DNA of 64,000 nucleotides from a bacterium (GTDB lineage Bacteria; JAHJDO01), in the NCBI GenBank assembly GCA_043824255.1, contig JBDRTG010000040.1, forward strand, positions 1-64,000, given 5' to 3'. The notes under the pieces were generated by a model, which saw nothing but the letters and a program-made list of their open reading frames with translations, made no database searches and had not been told where the DNA came from. This document shows positions 11,038 through 20,262 of this stretch, in pieces (position 1 is the first letter of the stretch; every line of letters begins with the position of its first letter). A program made the position numbers and the translations under genes.

Positions 11038-13092
11038 ATGATCAGTAAAAGGTTAAAGTTCATCACAGTACTGTTTTTAATTTTTTTAGGTGCTATTTCC
11101 CTTTACGCAGAAGAAACTTCTGCGAAATTTGAAAAGGGAGATGCTATATATAGTGATTTAGGAGAGAATCATATATTAGGTTGGGTAGGACATGCAGGGT
11201 TATATATGTGGTGGGATAAAGCAGAGAAAAATGGTATTGTAAATCCTAAGGAAGCAAAAAATCATGTAGTCTATCAATCTAATCAAGAATCGATTCTCAC
11301 ATTCTTAGGTTTTTCAGTGTCTCCTGGTGTAGAACAAATCACATTCCACGATTTTCGCGAAGATGGCGATTTCTGGGGAGTAAAAACCATAAAACTCTCC
11401 AGTCTTCGGCGTCAACAAATAGTAAATATTGCAAAGAGCAAAAGGGGCTATAAGTATAATTTTTTTAAGGGTTATAAAGGACCGGACACTTTCAGGTGCG
11501 ATGGATTAGTGGAATACTGTTATGAACAAGCTGGAAAAGATATTGTTCCAGGAGATACATGGTCACCGGTTGTTGCCGCTCTTCCGGGCAGAATTTTACT
11601 TACTCCAAAAAAGCAAATGGACTATCTTGCAGATCCTGCGAGATTTGAGCAATATACGCCACAATTTGACCTGATAAAGTTTGGAGAGTTGGAAGATGTA
11701 ATTTGTATTGATGGAGAACCTGTAGAGCCTGATTATGATGGTTATTATCATATTAACAAAAACTGCGCTATAAAAGCGTATGTTTCTGACGGGGAATATG
11801 GCTCAGGAATTGCCAGGTTTGAATTATGGCTTGGAGAGCCTGATGACACTCCTGAAAAACAAGGAGAAGATGATAATACAGGAATACGTCTGGATAAAAA
11901 CAATGACAAACATGAACTTTGCAGTTGGAACAATTTTGATTGGGATATCAGCGATATTAAATCAGGCGATTACAAAGTTTATGCCAAAGTTTTTGATCAG
12001 GCAGGGAATACAAAAGAGACATATATAAATGTCAAAATAGAGGAACCACCCTACTACTTCCACGTCCAACTCTCCCCAGAATATGTAGTAACAGATGGCA
12101 GCGAAGAATCACAAACTCAAGCATTCACAATAACAGTTCAGTGTTACAACTACGGTACATCGGAAACAAAGCCACAGGTAGAGGGTAAAAGATACGTTGA
12201 TAAGAAGGAAGGAACAGAAAGCTGGTGGCACTATATAAATAAAGCACAAAACATTGATGAATGGCGAAAAGAAAAGATCAATCCAGATTGTATAGCTCCG
12301 GAAGAATGGGGAAAGAGTGATTATGCAGGAGAGGTAAGTTTTGGAATAGCCAATATCATAAATAACGCTTATGAGCTATACGCAGGCGGAGAAAAGCTGG
12401 AGACATTGGAGCTGGTAGATGGAGCAGGCTCAATATCAGGAGTAGTAATAAAAGCAGAAGATGGAAATATAGGAGATAATCATCTATTCCTGATTATCTC
12501 CGCATCAGACGGAGCAGGAAGCGGAAATAATGCGTTAATGGTGAATCCGATTTTAGTTGATGTAAATGTTTATGATGATGGGGAGACAAGCCCATTAAAG
12601 AAACTCGGCGGGATGGTTTTTTTTCAAACAGCAGACGAAGCATGGGAGCATGCTGTGAATACTTTTAATATTGGTAATTGGGATTATTCGTGGAGCTACA
12701 GATCGGTACAATTATATGGCTACGTGCATGAGCAATTTCCAGATTCAGGTTGGTACGATTCTGAAATTTGGGCAAGTAAATCAAGGTTAAGGGTTGATTT
12801 AACTGCGTATAATCCCGACGATTATATATCTGCAAATCTAGTTGTAAAACCAAAATTAGACGCTTATGATATTTATTACAATGAGCAAGGCTGGATAGAG
12901 GACAAATACAATTTTCTAAAAAATATAAAATCGGAATTGGGTACTATTTGGATAAGCACAGAGTATTATGCTCCGTCTTATACTCCGTCAAGACCACCGC
13001 TTGGAAAGAAAAAAGGATATTTAGCACAATATTCAGGATCAGGGGGGTATCAGGGATTTTATATTGCTTTAATACCAAAGATGCCGGAATAA
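11038..13092 (+). CDS. Secreted protein D1: permuted papain-like (NlpC/P60, YiiX/YebB-like) domain, Ig-like domain, shared core, variable C-terminal domain
   Basis: Sec signal (SLYA-EE); KGDAIY, GHAGLY then FRCDGLVEYCY (His before Cys); YKVYAKVFDQAGN Ig-like strand; core shared with 24722..27526. Confidence 0.7.
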   Translation: MISKRLKFITVLFLIFLGAISLYAEETSAKFEKGDAIYSDLGENHILGWVGHAGLYMWWDKAEKNGIVNPKEAKNHVVYQSNQESILTFLGFSVSPGVEQITFHDFREDGDFWGVKTIKLSSLRRQQIVNIAKSKRGYKYNFFKGYKGPDTFRCDGLVEYCYEQAGKDIVPGDTWSPVVAALPGRILLTPKKQMDYLADPARFEQYTPQFDLIKFGELEDVICIDGEPVEPDYDGYYHINKNCAIKAYVSDGEYGSGIARFELWLGEPDDTPEKQGEDDNTGIRLDKNNDKHELCSWNNFDWDISDIKSGDYKVYAKVFDQAGNTKETYINVKIEEPPYYFHVQLSPEYVVTDGSEESQTQAFTITVQCYNYGTSETKPQVEGKRYVDKKEGTESWWHYINKAQNIDEWRKEKINPDCIAPEEWGKSDYAGEVSFGIANIINNAYELYAGGEKLETLELVDGAGSISGVVIKAEDGNIGDNHLFLIISASDGAGSGNNALMVNPILVDVNVYDDGETSPLKKLGGMVFFQTADEAWEHAVNTFNIGNWDYSWSYRSVQLYGYVHEQFPDSGWYDSEIWASKSRLRVDLTAYNPDDYISANLVVKPKLDAYDIYYNEQGWIEDKYNFLKNIKSELGTIWISTEYYAPSYTPSRPPLGKKKGYLAQYSGSGGYQGFYIALIPKMPE
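12054..12548 (+). repeat. Shared core segment, copy 1 (homologous to 26389..26844)
   Basis: YFHVQLSP...ITVQCYNYG...YELYAGGEKLETL...ALMVNP in both genes; 53-nt identity 12442..12494 = 26738..26790. Confidence 0.9.
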
Positions 13093-13093
13093 A

Positions 13094-13153
13094 ATGATAA
13101 AAACAAAACCAGAACAAAAAGCATTGAACGAAGTGAAGGGATTGTATGTCTAG
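13094..13153 (+). other. 19-codon mini-ORF MIKTKPEQKALNEVKGLYV overlapping the rplF start
   Basis: ATG at 13094, TAG at 13151-13153; homologous to 27537..27596. Confidence 0.45.
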
Positions 13154-13697
13154 AATAGGGCTCATGCCAGTAGATGTCCCGGATGGTGTTAAGGTGCAAA
13201 TAGATGGAAATCTAATTAAGATTAGCGGATCTAAAGGCGCTCTGGAACATAAATTAGATGCAGAAGTATCTGCAGTTGTAGAGGATAACAAGATTATTGT
13301 AAAGAGGGGTTCAGATGAAAAATCAGCAAGGGCAAAACATGGATTAAATAGAGCTTTAATATCCAATATAGTGATAGGAGTAACTACAGGATTTGAAAAA
13401 ATTCTGGAAATCAAGGGAGTAGGATATAGAGCTCAAGTCCAGGGGCAAAAGCTGCAGATGCAATTGGGATTTTCACATCCAATAGTATATGAGGTTCCGT
13501 CAAATATAGAAATCGAAGTAAGGAAAAATAATCAGATTGTGGTGAAAGGAATTGATAAACAGTTGGTAGGCGAGATAGCTGCCACAATTAGGAATATGAG
13601 AAAGCCAGAGCCATATAAAGGAAAGGGGATTCGCTACTTAGGCGAGTACGTTAAACACAAGGTTGGTAAGACAGCTACAGCTGATGTGCAGGCATAA
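13146..13697 (+). CDS. rplF: 50S ribosomal protein L6
   Basis: MSRIG, GVGYRA, LGFSHP, PEPYKGKGIRY motifs. Confidence 0.99.
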   Translation: MSRIGLMPVDVPDGVKVQIDGNLIKISGSKGALEHKLDAEVSAVVEDNKIIVKRGSDEKSARAKHGLNRALISNIVIGVTTGFEKILEIKGVGYRAQVQGQKLQMQLGFSHPIVYEVPSNIEIEVRKNNQIVVKGIDKQLVGEIAATIRNMRKPEPYKGKGIRYLGEYVKHKVGKTATADVQA

Positions 13698-13709
13698 AGG
13701 ATACTGCTG

Positions 13710-14063
13710 ATGAAATTAAAAGGTAGAGCTAGAAGACATAAGAGAGTAAGAAAAAAAGTTATTGGTACAGCTCAAAGGCCAAGGTTGAGTGTCTTTAGAA
13801 GTTTGAAGCATATATATGTACAATTGCTTGATGATGAGAATAGTAAGACAATACTTTCAGTATCAACTCGTTCAAAAGACTGTAGTGCGGAAATAAAGTA
13901 CGGAGGAAACATACTAGCAGCAAAAGCTGTGGGAAAGATGCTGGGGGAGAGGGCGTTAAATAATAAGATTACAGATGTTGTGTTTGATAGTGGAGGATAT
14001 TTATATCATGGTCGCATAAAGGCTTTAGCAGACGCGGCCAGAGAAGCTGGACTTAAGTTTTAG
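13710..14063 (+). CDS. rplR: 50S ribosomal protein L18
   Basis: [35 protein letters not shown]. Confidence 0.99.
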   Translation: MKLKGRARRHKRVRKKVIGTAQRPRLSVFRSLKHIYVQLLDDENSKTILSVSTRSKDCSAEIKYGGNILAAKAVGKMLGERALNNKITDVVFDSGGYLYHGRIKALADAAREAGLKF

Positions 14064-14080
14064 CGTGAGGAGGAACTAGT

Positions 14081-14572
14081 TTGATAGAAAATAGAATAAA
14101 AGAGGCGTCAGAGGAGCAGGAGCTAATCGAGCGGGTTGTGAATGTAAATAGAGTTGGTAAGGTTGTAAAAGGTGGAAGAAAGCTGGGTTTTAGTAGTCTG
14201 GCTGTAGTAGGGGATGGAAATGGAAAAGTAGGATATGGCATAGGTAAGGCAAATGCAGTACCTGAGTCAATAAAAAAGGCTGTCCAATCAGCAAAGAAGA
14301 ATATGATAGATGTTTTAATTGTAGATACAACAATCCCATTTGAAATAATAGGCCATTATGATGCAGCAAGAATTATGTTAAAACCTGCTTCAAAGGGAAC
14401 AGGTGTAATTGCAGGAAGCGCGGTTAGGGCTGTATTAGAAGCGGTTGGTATTCAGAATGCTTTGACAAAATGTTTGGGATCCAATAACCCGATAAATGTT
14501 GTTAGAGCAACAATAGAAGGTTTGAGAAATATATCAGAGGTTTATGAGTTATCAAAGAAAAGGCACAGATAA
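14081..14572 (+). CDS. rpsE: 30S ribosomal protein S5
   Basis: [30 protein letters not shown] motifs; TTG start after AGGAGG. Confidence 0.98.
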   Translation: MIENRIKEASEEQELIERVVNVNRVGKVVKGGRKLGFSSLAVVGDGNGKVGYGIGKANAVPESIKKAVQSAKKNMIDVLIVDTTIPFEIIGHYDAARIMLKPASKGTGVIAGSAVRAVLEAVGIQNALTKCLGSNNPINVVRATIEGLRNISEVYELSKKRHR

Positions 14573-15013
14573 ATGATATTAGGCAATTTGAAAGTTCCTA
14601 AGGGTGCTAAGAAGAGGAAGAAAATAGTTGGACGCGGCAATGGGTCTGGCCATGGGAAAACTGCTTGTAAGGGGAATAAGGGCCAGAAAGCAAGATCTGG
14701 TGGCAAGATTCGCCGTGGTTTTGAAGGCGGACAAATGCCTCTCTATCGTAGAGTACCAAAAAGAGGATTTACAAGTCGCTCAAGGGGGAAAATAGTAATT
14801 ATAAATATAGAGAAATTAAATTGTTTTAAGGATGGTTCGGTTGTGAATCTTGAGTGTCTTAGGGAAAAAGAGCTGTTAAAGTCTCAGAATGTTTTAGCCA
14901 AAATTTTAGGTATGGGGGAGTTAAAGAAAAAGTTAAACGTAAGAGCGCATAGCTTTAGTAAGAGCGCTATTAAGAAGATTATAGATGCTGGAGGAACTGC
15001 AGAGGTTATATAA
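14573..15013 (+). CDS. rplO: 50S ribosomal protein L15
   Basis: GRGNGSGHGKT, GFEGGQMPLYRRVPKRGF motifs. Confidence 0.99.
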   Translation: MILGNLKVPKGAKKRKKIVGRGNGSGHGKTACKGNKGQKARSGGKIRRGFEGGQMPLYRRVPKRGFTSRSRGKIVIINIEKLNCFKDGSVVNLECLREKELLKSQNVLAKILGMGELKKKLNVRAHSFSKSAIKKIIDAGGTAEVI

Positions 15014-16326
15014 TGCTATCAGGATTTCGAGATATATTTAGAATACCAGAATTAAAGAAAAGGGTTTTGTTTACTTTAACTATTATAGCTGTTTTTAGAA
15101 TAGGTGCTTTTGTCCCAACGCCAGGTATAGATACTAGTGCATTAGTTGAATATTTTGCTAGAATGCAGGGCACTCTCTTTGGAATGGCAGATCTGTTTTC
15201 AGGAGGAGCGTTACGAAAACTGTCCATATTTGCCCTGGGCATAATGCCGTATATCAGCGCTTCAATCATAATGCAGTTATTGACTCCAGTTATCCCTTAT
15301 TTAGAAAAATTGTCAAAAGAAGGAGATTTTGGGCGAAAGAAGATAACTCAGTATACTAGATACGGAACAATAGTAGTGAGTATAATTCAATCCACTGGTA
15401 TTAGTTTGTGGTTGTCTAATCCACATAGTTTTGGGGGATTAAAAATAGTTCCTAATCCAGGGCTTTACTTTCACTTCATAGTTGTAATAACTCTTACTAC
15501 AGGAACAGTGTTCATTATGTGGCTGGGAGAACAGATAACTGAACGCGGGATAGGCAATGGAATATCACTTATAATTTTTGCAGGAATTGTTGCTGGAATG
15601 CCCGGAGATCTACGCAGGACTTGGGGATTGCTTGATACCGGGCAGATGAGGTTCTTTACATTAATATTTCTCATAGCAATTATGATTGTAGTTATTGCAG
15701 CAGTGGTCTTAATTACACAAGGCTATAGGAAGATACCTGTTCAATATGCAAAGCGTATTGTTGGAAGGAAGATGTATGGAGGACAGAATACGCACATCCC
15801 TTTACGTGTAAACCAGGCAGGAGTGATCCCGATTATATTTGCAGTTTCTATCATGATGTTTCCACAGACAATAATGACCTTTTTACCAGCTAAAAGTTCA
15901 ATAATTGGGACCATTGTTTCCTATTTTTCGATGAACCAATGGCCTGGCATGATAATGTATGTTGTTTTAATTATATTATTCACCTACTTTTACACAGCTA
16001 TTACTTTTAATCCTGTAGAAATGGCTGATAATATGAAGAAATATGGTGGATTTGTTCCTGGTGTAAGACCCGGCAAACCAACTGCTGAATATTTTGATAG
16101 AATAATGACAAAAATTGCTTTTGCAGGAGGTATATTTTTAGGAGCTATAGCAATCTTACCAACATTGCTGACAAAGTGGCTGAATATTCCATTTTATTTT
16201 GGGGGAACTTCACTTTTAATAGTTGTCGGAGTTGCTCTGGATACAATGAAGCAGGTAGAATCGCACCTGTTAATGAGACACTATGAAGGGTTTATGAAAA
16301 AAGGAAGGTTGAGAGCACGGTACTAG
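15013..16326 (+). CDS. secY: Preprotein translocase subunit SecY
   Basis: SIFALGIMPYISASII, GIGNGISLIIFAGI, FGGTSLLIVVGV motifs. Confidence 0.99.
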   Translation: MLSGFRDIFRIPELKKRVLFTLTIIAVFRIGAFVPTPGIDTSALVEYFARMQGTLFGMADLFSGGALRKLSIFALGIMPYISASIIMQLLTPVIPYLEKLSKEGDFGRKKITQYTRYGTIVVSIIQSTGISLWLSNPHSFGGLKIVPNPGLYFHFIVVITLTTGTVFIMWLGEQITERGIGNGISLIIFAGIVAGMPGDLRRTWGLLDTGQMRFFTLIFLIAIMIVVIAAVVLITQGYRKIPVQYAKRIVGRKMYGGQNTHIPLRVNQAGVIPIIFAVSIMMFPQTIMTFLPAKSSIIGTIVSYFSMNQWPGMIMYVVLIILFTYFYTAITFNPVEMADNMKKYGGFVPGVRPGKPTAEYFDRIMTKIAFAGGIFLGAIAILPTLLTKWLNIPFYFGGTSLLIVVGVALDTMKQVESHLLMRHYEGFMKKGRLRARY

Positions 16327-16344
16327 AGAGGTAATAAAGGGGAT

Positions 16345-17004
16345 ATGCATATAATTCTATTAGGGGCTCCAGGAGTAGGTAAAGGAACACTAGCTAAAAT
16401 GATTGAGGGAAAATTTGACATACCTCATCTATCTACCGGGGATATTCTTAGAGATAATGTTAATAAGAAAACTTATGTGGGAAATCAAGCCAAAGAGTAT
16501 ATGGATAATGGGAAACTGGTTCCTGATGATATTATGATACAAATGGTAGAAGGAAGAGTTCTCGAAAAAGATTGTAAAACTGGTTTTATATTGGATGGAT
16601 TCCCAAGAACTATAAAACAAGCCGAGGCATTGAAATTGATATTTGATGAACTTAATATAGTTGTTGACGCGATTCTTAATTTAAAAGCATCTCAAGAGAT
16701 AATTATAGAAAGGCTTTCTGGGAGAAGGACGTGTAAGAATTGCGGGGCAATTTATCATATTAAAAATATTCCTCCTAAGGTTGAGGACGAATGTGACAAG
16801 TGTGGTGATAGGTTGTATCAGCGCGATGATGATAAAAAAGATATTGTGAAAGAGAGATTGATGGTGTATAAGACACAGACAAAAAAATTAATCTCATATT
16901 ATAAAAAGCGAGATTCATTCTGCGAAATTGATGCCAATAAAAAAGCTGGTGAAATGTTCGTGGAAGTCTGTAACTGCTTAGGAAAAGTGAGTAAAAGTGG
17001 GTAA
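16345..17004 (+). CDS. adk: Adenylate kinase (Zn-LID type)
   Basis: [27 protein letters not shown]...CDKC LID. Confidence 0.98.
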   Translation: MHIILLGAPGVGKGTLAKMIEGKFDIPHLSTGDILRDNVNKKTYVGNQAKEYMDNGKLVPDDIMIQMVEGRVLEKDCKTGFILDGFPRTIKQAEALKLIFDELNIVVDAILNLKASQEIIIERLSGRRTCKNCGAIYHIKNIPPKVEDECDKCGDRLYQRDDDKKDIVKERLMVYKTQTKKLISYYKKRDSFCEIDANKKAGEMFVEVCNCLGKVSKSG

Positions 17005-17215
17005 AGAAGAAGCAATAGAAGTAAGAGGCAAAGTAGTAGATTCATTACCCAATACAATGTTTAGAGTAGAATTAGAAAATGGGCATAAAGTGCTGGCTCA
17101 TCTTGGCGGTAAGATGAGAATGCGATATATAAAAATTCTTTCAGGAGATGAAGTAAGTGTTGAGCTTTCTCCTTATGATTTAACAAGAGGGCGAATCGTA
17201 TACAGGTTTAAATAA
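16997..17215 (+). CDS. infA: Translation initiation factor IF-1
   Basis: [32 protein letters not shown] start. Confidence 0.99.
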   Translation: MGKEEAIEVRGKVVDSLPNTMFRVELENGHKVLAHLGGKMRMRYIKILSGDEVSVELSPYDLTRGRIVYRFK

Positions 17216-17217
17216 TT

Positions 17218-17331
17218 ATGAAAGTAAGGGTTTCCGTTAAGAGAATTTGTGATCAGTGTAAGGTAGTAAAAAGAGGTCGTGTTCTTAGGATTATTTGTAA
17301 AAATTCAAAACATAAGCAGAGACAGAAGTAG
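17218..17331 (+). CDS. rpmJ: 50S ribosomal protein L36
   Basis: Hand translation [37 protein letters not shown]; below ORF-track cutoff; between infA and rpsM. Confidence 0.97.
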   Translation: MKVRVSVKRICDQCKVVKRGRVLRIICKNSKHKQRQK

Positions 17332-17351
17332 AAAGCATAGATAGGAATAGA

Positions 17352-17741
17352 ATGGCTAGAATTCATGGTGTAGATTTACCAAAAGGTAAGAGAGTTGTAA
17401 TAGGATTAACATATATTTACGGTATAGGTAGGGCGTTATCCATAAAGATTCTAAAGATTGTGAATGTTTCTCCAGATAAACGAATAAAAGATTTAACAGA
17501 GGATGAAATAAACAAAATTGCCTCTATAATACAGGAAGGTTATGAAATAGAAGGGGCTTTGCGTCGTAATGTGGCTTCTCATATTAGAAGATTGATTGAT
17601 ATAGGTTCGTACAGAGGTACTAGGCATCGTAAAAATTTGCCGCTTAGAGGCCAAAGAACGAAGACCAATGCAAGAACTAGAAAGGGGCCGAGAAGGATTG
17701 TAATGAGGGCTAGGCAGAAAGAGAGTAAAGAGAGTAAATAA
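17352..17741 (+). CDS. rpsM: 30S ribosomal protein S13
   Basis: [22 protein letters not shown] motifs. Confidence 0.99.
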   Translation: MARIHGVDLPKGKRVVIGLTYIYGIGRALSIKILKIVNVSPDKRIKDLTEDEINKIASIIQEGYEIEGALRRNVASHIRRLIDIGSYRGTRHRKNLPLRGQRTKTNARTRKGPRRIVMRARQKESKESK

Positions 17742-18139
17742 TGGCTAAAGTGAAGAAAAAAACTAAGAAATCAGTCAGGAAAGTAACTAAAAATATCCCT
17801 TCTGGTATTGTTTATATTCAGGCAACATTTAATAATACAATAGTTACTATAACAGATCTTTCAGGTAATGTTGTATCATGGGCAAGTGCTGGGAGCAGTG
17901 GCTTTTCAGGTTCAAGAAAAAGCACGCCGTTTGCAGCGCAAGTAACTGCTGGAGCAGCTGTGCAGAAGGCTATTGCGCATGGAATGAGACAGGTTGAGGT
18001 TTATGTAAAAGGACCTGGAAGTGGTAGAGAAACAGCAATAAGGGCTCTTCAGTCAGCAGGATTAGGAATAAATTTGATAAAGGATGTAACGCCTGTACCA
18101 CATAATGGGTGCAGGCCGCCTAAGAGAAGAAGAGTCTAA
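17741..18139 (+). CDS. rpsK: 30S ribosomal protein S11
   Basis: [30 protein letters not shown]. Confidence 0.99.
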   Translation: MAKVKKKTKKSVRKVTKNIPSGIVYIQATFNNTIVTITDLSGNVVSWASAGSSGFSGSRKSTPFAAQVTAGAAVQKAIAHGMRQVEVYVKGPGSGRETAIRALQSAGLGINLIKDVTPVPHNGCRPPKRRRV

Positions 18140-18158
18140 TTAGCAGGAGGTTATAAAT

Positions 18159-18785
18159 TTGGGTAGATATATTGGACCAGTTTGTAGATTGTGCAAGAGA
18201 GAGGGAGAAAAGTTGTTTTTGAAAGGCAGAGTTTGCAATACGGAAAAGTGTGTTTTGGAGAAAAGGAACGCTGCTCTAGGTAAGCGCGTTCAGAGAAAAC
18301 GAAAGATGTCAGATTTTGGCTTAAGGTTAAGGGAAAAACAAAAGGCAAAGAGAATATACGGCATTTTAGAGAAGCAGTTCAAAGGATATTATAAAATAGC
18401 TGCTAAGAGTAAGGGTGTAACAGGAGAGATATTGTTGGAGTTATTAGAGAGGCGTTTAGATAATGTTATTTTTCGCTGTGGTTTTGCAACGACTAGAAGA
18501 GAGTCCAGGCAATTGATAAGACATGGTCACTTTCTTGTAACTGGAAGAGTGGTAGATATTCCCTCATATTTAGTGAATCCGAATGAAAAAGTACAGATAA
18601 AAGCGAAAGATAAAGAATGCGATTTTTTTAAAGATATAATTGAGCTAACAAAGGAAAAGGAGATTCCTCCTTGGTTGGAAGTTGATAAGAAAGACCTCAC
18701 AGGGAAAATACTCAGGATTCCATCTCGTGAGGAAATGGGAGTGTCCTTAAAGGAGCAACTGATTGTTGAATTGTATTCAAAATAG
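18159..18785 (+). CDS. rpsD: 30S ribosomal protein S4
   Basis: LREKQKAKRIYG, LERRLDNV, LIVELYSK; TTG start after GGAGG. Confidence 0.99.
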   Translation: MGRYIGPVCRLCKREGEKLFLKGRVCNTEKCVLEKRNAALGKRVQRKRKMSDFGLRLREKQKAKRIYGILEKQFKGYYKIAAKSKGVTGEILLELLERRLDNVIFRCGFATTRRESRQLIRHGHFLVTGRVVDIPSYLVNPNEKVQIKAKDKECDFFKDIIELTKEKEIPPWLEVDKKDLTGKILRIPSREEMGVSLKEQLIVELYSK

Positions 18786-18794
18786 GAGAAGAAT

Positions 18795-19823
18795 ATGCCT
18801 TTAAAGTTAAAAAATTTTGAGATGCCCAAAAAAGTGGAATGTGATGATAAAGTCTCTAATAATACATTTGGGAAATTTACAATAGAGCCTTTTGAGCGTG
18901 GTTTTGGTACAACAATAGGTAATGCGCTTCGTAGAGTTATGCTTTCTTCGTTAGAAGGCACGGCTGTTAAAGCTGTCAGAATAAAAAATGTTCTTCATGA
19001 ATTTTCTACAATAAAGGATGTAAAAGAGGATGTTGTTGAGATAATTTTGAATTTAAAACAGTTAATTGTAAAGAGTTCTGGGGATTCTCCTAAGGTACTG
19101 GCTCTTAAGGTAAAAGGCGCTAAAGAAGTAAAAGCATCTAATATTAAAGTAAGCAGCGGAGTAGAGATTATTAACCCGGATTTACATATAGCTACGCTCA
19201 ATAAAAATGGTGAGTTGGATATGGAGATTCATGTTGGTAAAGGAAGGGGATACATAACTGCAGAAGAAAATAAAGAGAAAAAGCAGCCAGTTGATTTAAT
19301 AAGTATTGATTCGTTCTTTTCCCCAGTAAAACGAGTGAATTATACTGTAGAAGATGTAAGAGTTGGGCAGCGGACAAATTATGATAGACTAATCTTGGAA
19401 GTACGGACAGATGAAACTATCTCTCCATATGATGCTATTGTTTCTGCTGCAGAGATTATTAATGAACATTTGATGTTATTTATAGCTCCTGAAAAGATAA
19501 AAACTGAGGAAGTAGAGCAGGTTAGCGAAGAGGAGAAAAAAAGAGATGGGTATTTAAAGCAGAACATAAACGAGTTAGAATTATCTGTTAGAGCGTCCAA
19601 TTGTCTGAAAGCAGCAAATATTAAAACAATTGGAGAGCTTGTACAAAAAACAGAATCTAACATGCTCAAATATAGAAATTTTGGGAAGAAATCTTTGAAT
19701 GAAATAAGGGGCATTTTGAGTAAAATGGGATTAGATTTTAAGGGCAAGTCAGAAGCCTCAAAGGATTTGAAAGAAGAGAAAAAAGAAGAAAAAACAAAAA
19801 CGCAAACTAAAAAGAAGAAGTAA
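18795..19823 (+). CDS. rpoA: RNA polymerase alpha subunit
   Basis: EPFERGFGTTIGNALRR, LELSVRASNCL, NFGKKSLNEI; K/E-rich tail. Confidence 0.99.
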   Translation: MPLKLKNFEMPKKVECDDKVSNNTFGKFTIEPFERGFGTTIGNALRRVMLSSLEGTAVKAVRIKNVLHEFSTIKDVKEDVVEIILNLKQLIVKSSGDSPKVLALKVKGAKEVKASNIKVSSGVEIINPDLHIATLNKNGELDMEIHVGKGRGYITAEENKEKKQPVDLISIDSFFSPVKRVNYTVEDVRVGQRTNYDRLILEVRTDETISPYDAIVSAAEIINEHLMLFIAPEKIKTEEVEQVSEEEKKRDGYLKQNINELELSVRASNCLKAANIKTIGELVQKTESNMLKYRNFGKKSLNEIRGILSKMGLDFKGKSEASKDLKEEKKEEKTKTQTKKKK

Positions 19824-19827
19824 AAAA

Positions 19828-20181
19828 ATGCGGCATAGAAAAGTGGGTAGAAAATTGGGTCGGACCTCAAGCCATAGGCAAGCTTTATTTATGAATTTAT
19901 TATGTGCTCTGTTTGAGCATGAAAAGATTAAAACAACAGAGGCAAAAGGTAAAGAGATTAAAAGATTAGGTGATAAATTAATCGGTTTAGCAAAAAGAGG
20001 GGATTTGCACGCCATGCGCATAGCAGCAGCTACAATTGTTAACAAAAAAATATTAACAAAGTTATTTAATAAAATCGCTCCTGAGCTTAAGGATAGGCAA
20101 GGGGGATATATACGTTTGATAAAGATAGGTGCACGGCTCGGAGATGCTGCTCCACAGGTTATTGTAGAAATTGTTAAGTAG
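19828..20181 (+). CDS. rplQ: 50S ribosomal protein L17
   Basis: MRHRKVGRKLGRTSSHR, GGYIRLIK, RLGDAAP. Confidence 0.99.
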   Translation: MRHRKVGRKLGRTSSHRQALFMNLLCALFEHEKIKTTEAKGKEIKRLGDKLIGLAKRGDLHAMRIAAATIVNKKILTKLFNKIAPELKDRQGGYIRLIKIGARLGDAAPQVIVEIVK

Positions 20182-20183
20182 TT

Positions 20184-20205
20184 GCTAATGGTGTTCACCA
20201 TTAGC
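20184..20205. terminator. Perfect inverted repeat after rplQ (possible weak terminator or processing hairpin)
   Basis: gctaatggtg-tt-caccattagc; no following U-tract on the + strand. Confidence 0.45.
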
Positions 20206-20262
20206 GAATGGCGACAAAAAGAGATAGCATGCAATTCCAAATTTTCAAGGAGATAAACTAAT

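Larger units (their letters stand above)
6994..13153 (+). other. Cassette 1: four-gene secreted-protein cassette interrupting the spc operon between rpsH and rplF
   Basis: rpsH and rplF are normally adjacent; here separated by four co-oriented non-ribosomal genes. Both ends are homologous to the ends of cassette 2 (20247..27596). No integrase or transposase seen. Confidence 0.8.

Noticed and set aside
6981..13144. Possible target-site duplication agggttg (6981) / agggattg (13137) around cassette 1
   Set aside because: Short, imperfect and Shine-Dalgarno-like; no equivalent around cassette 2; needs an empty-site genome.
14560..14585. rpmD loss as evidence for CPR/Patescibacteria
   Set aside because: LptFG, Mla, TolC, NadA, Etf and homocysteine genes indicate a diderm with biosynthetic capacity.
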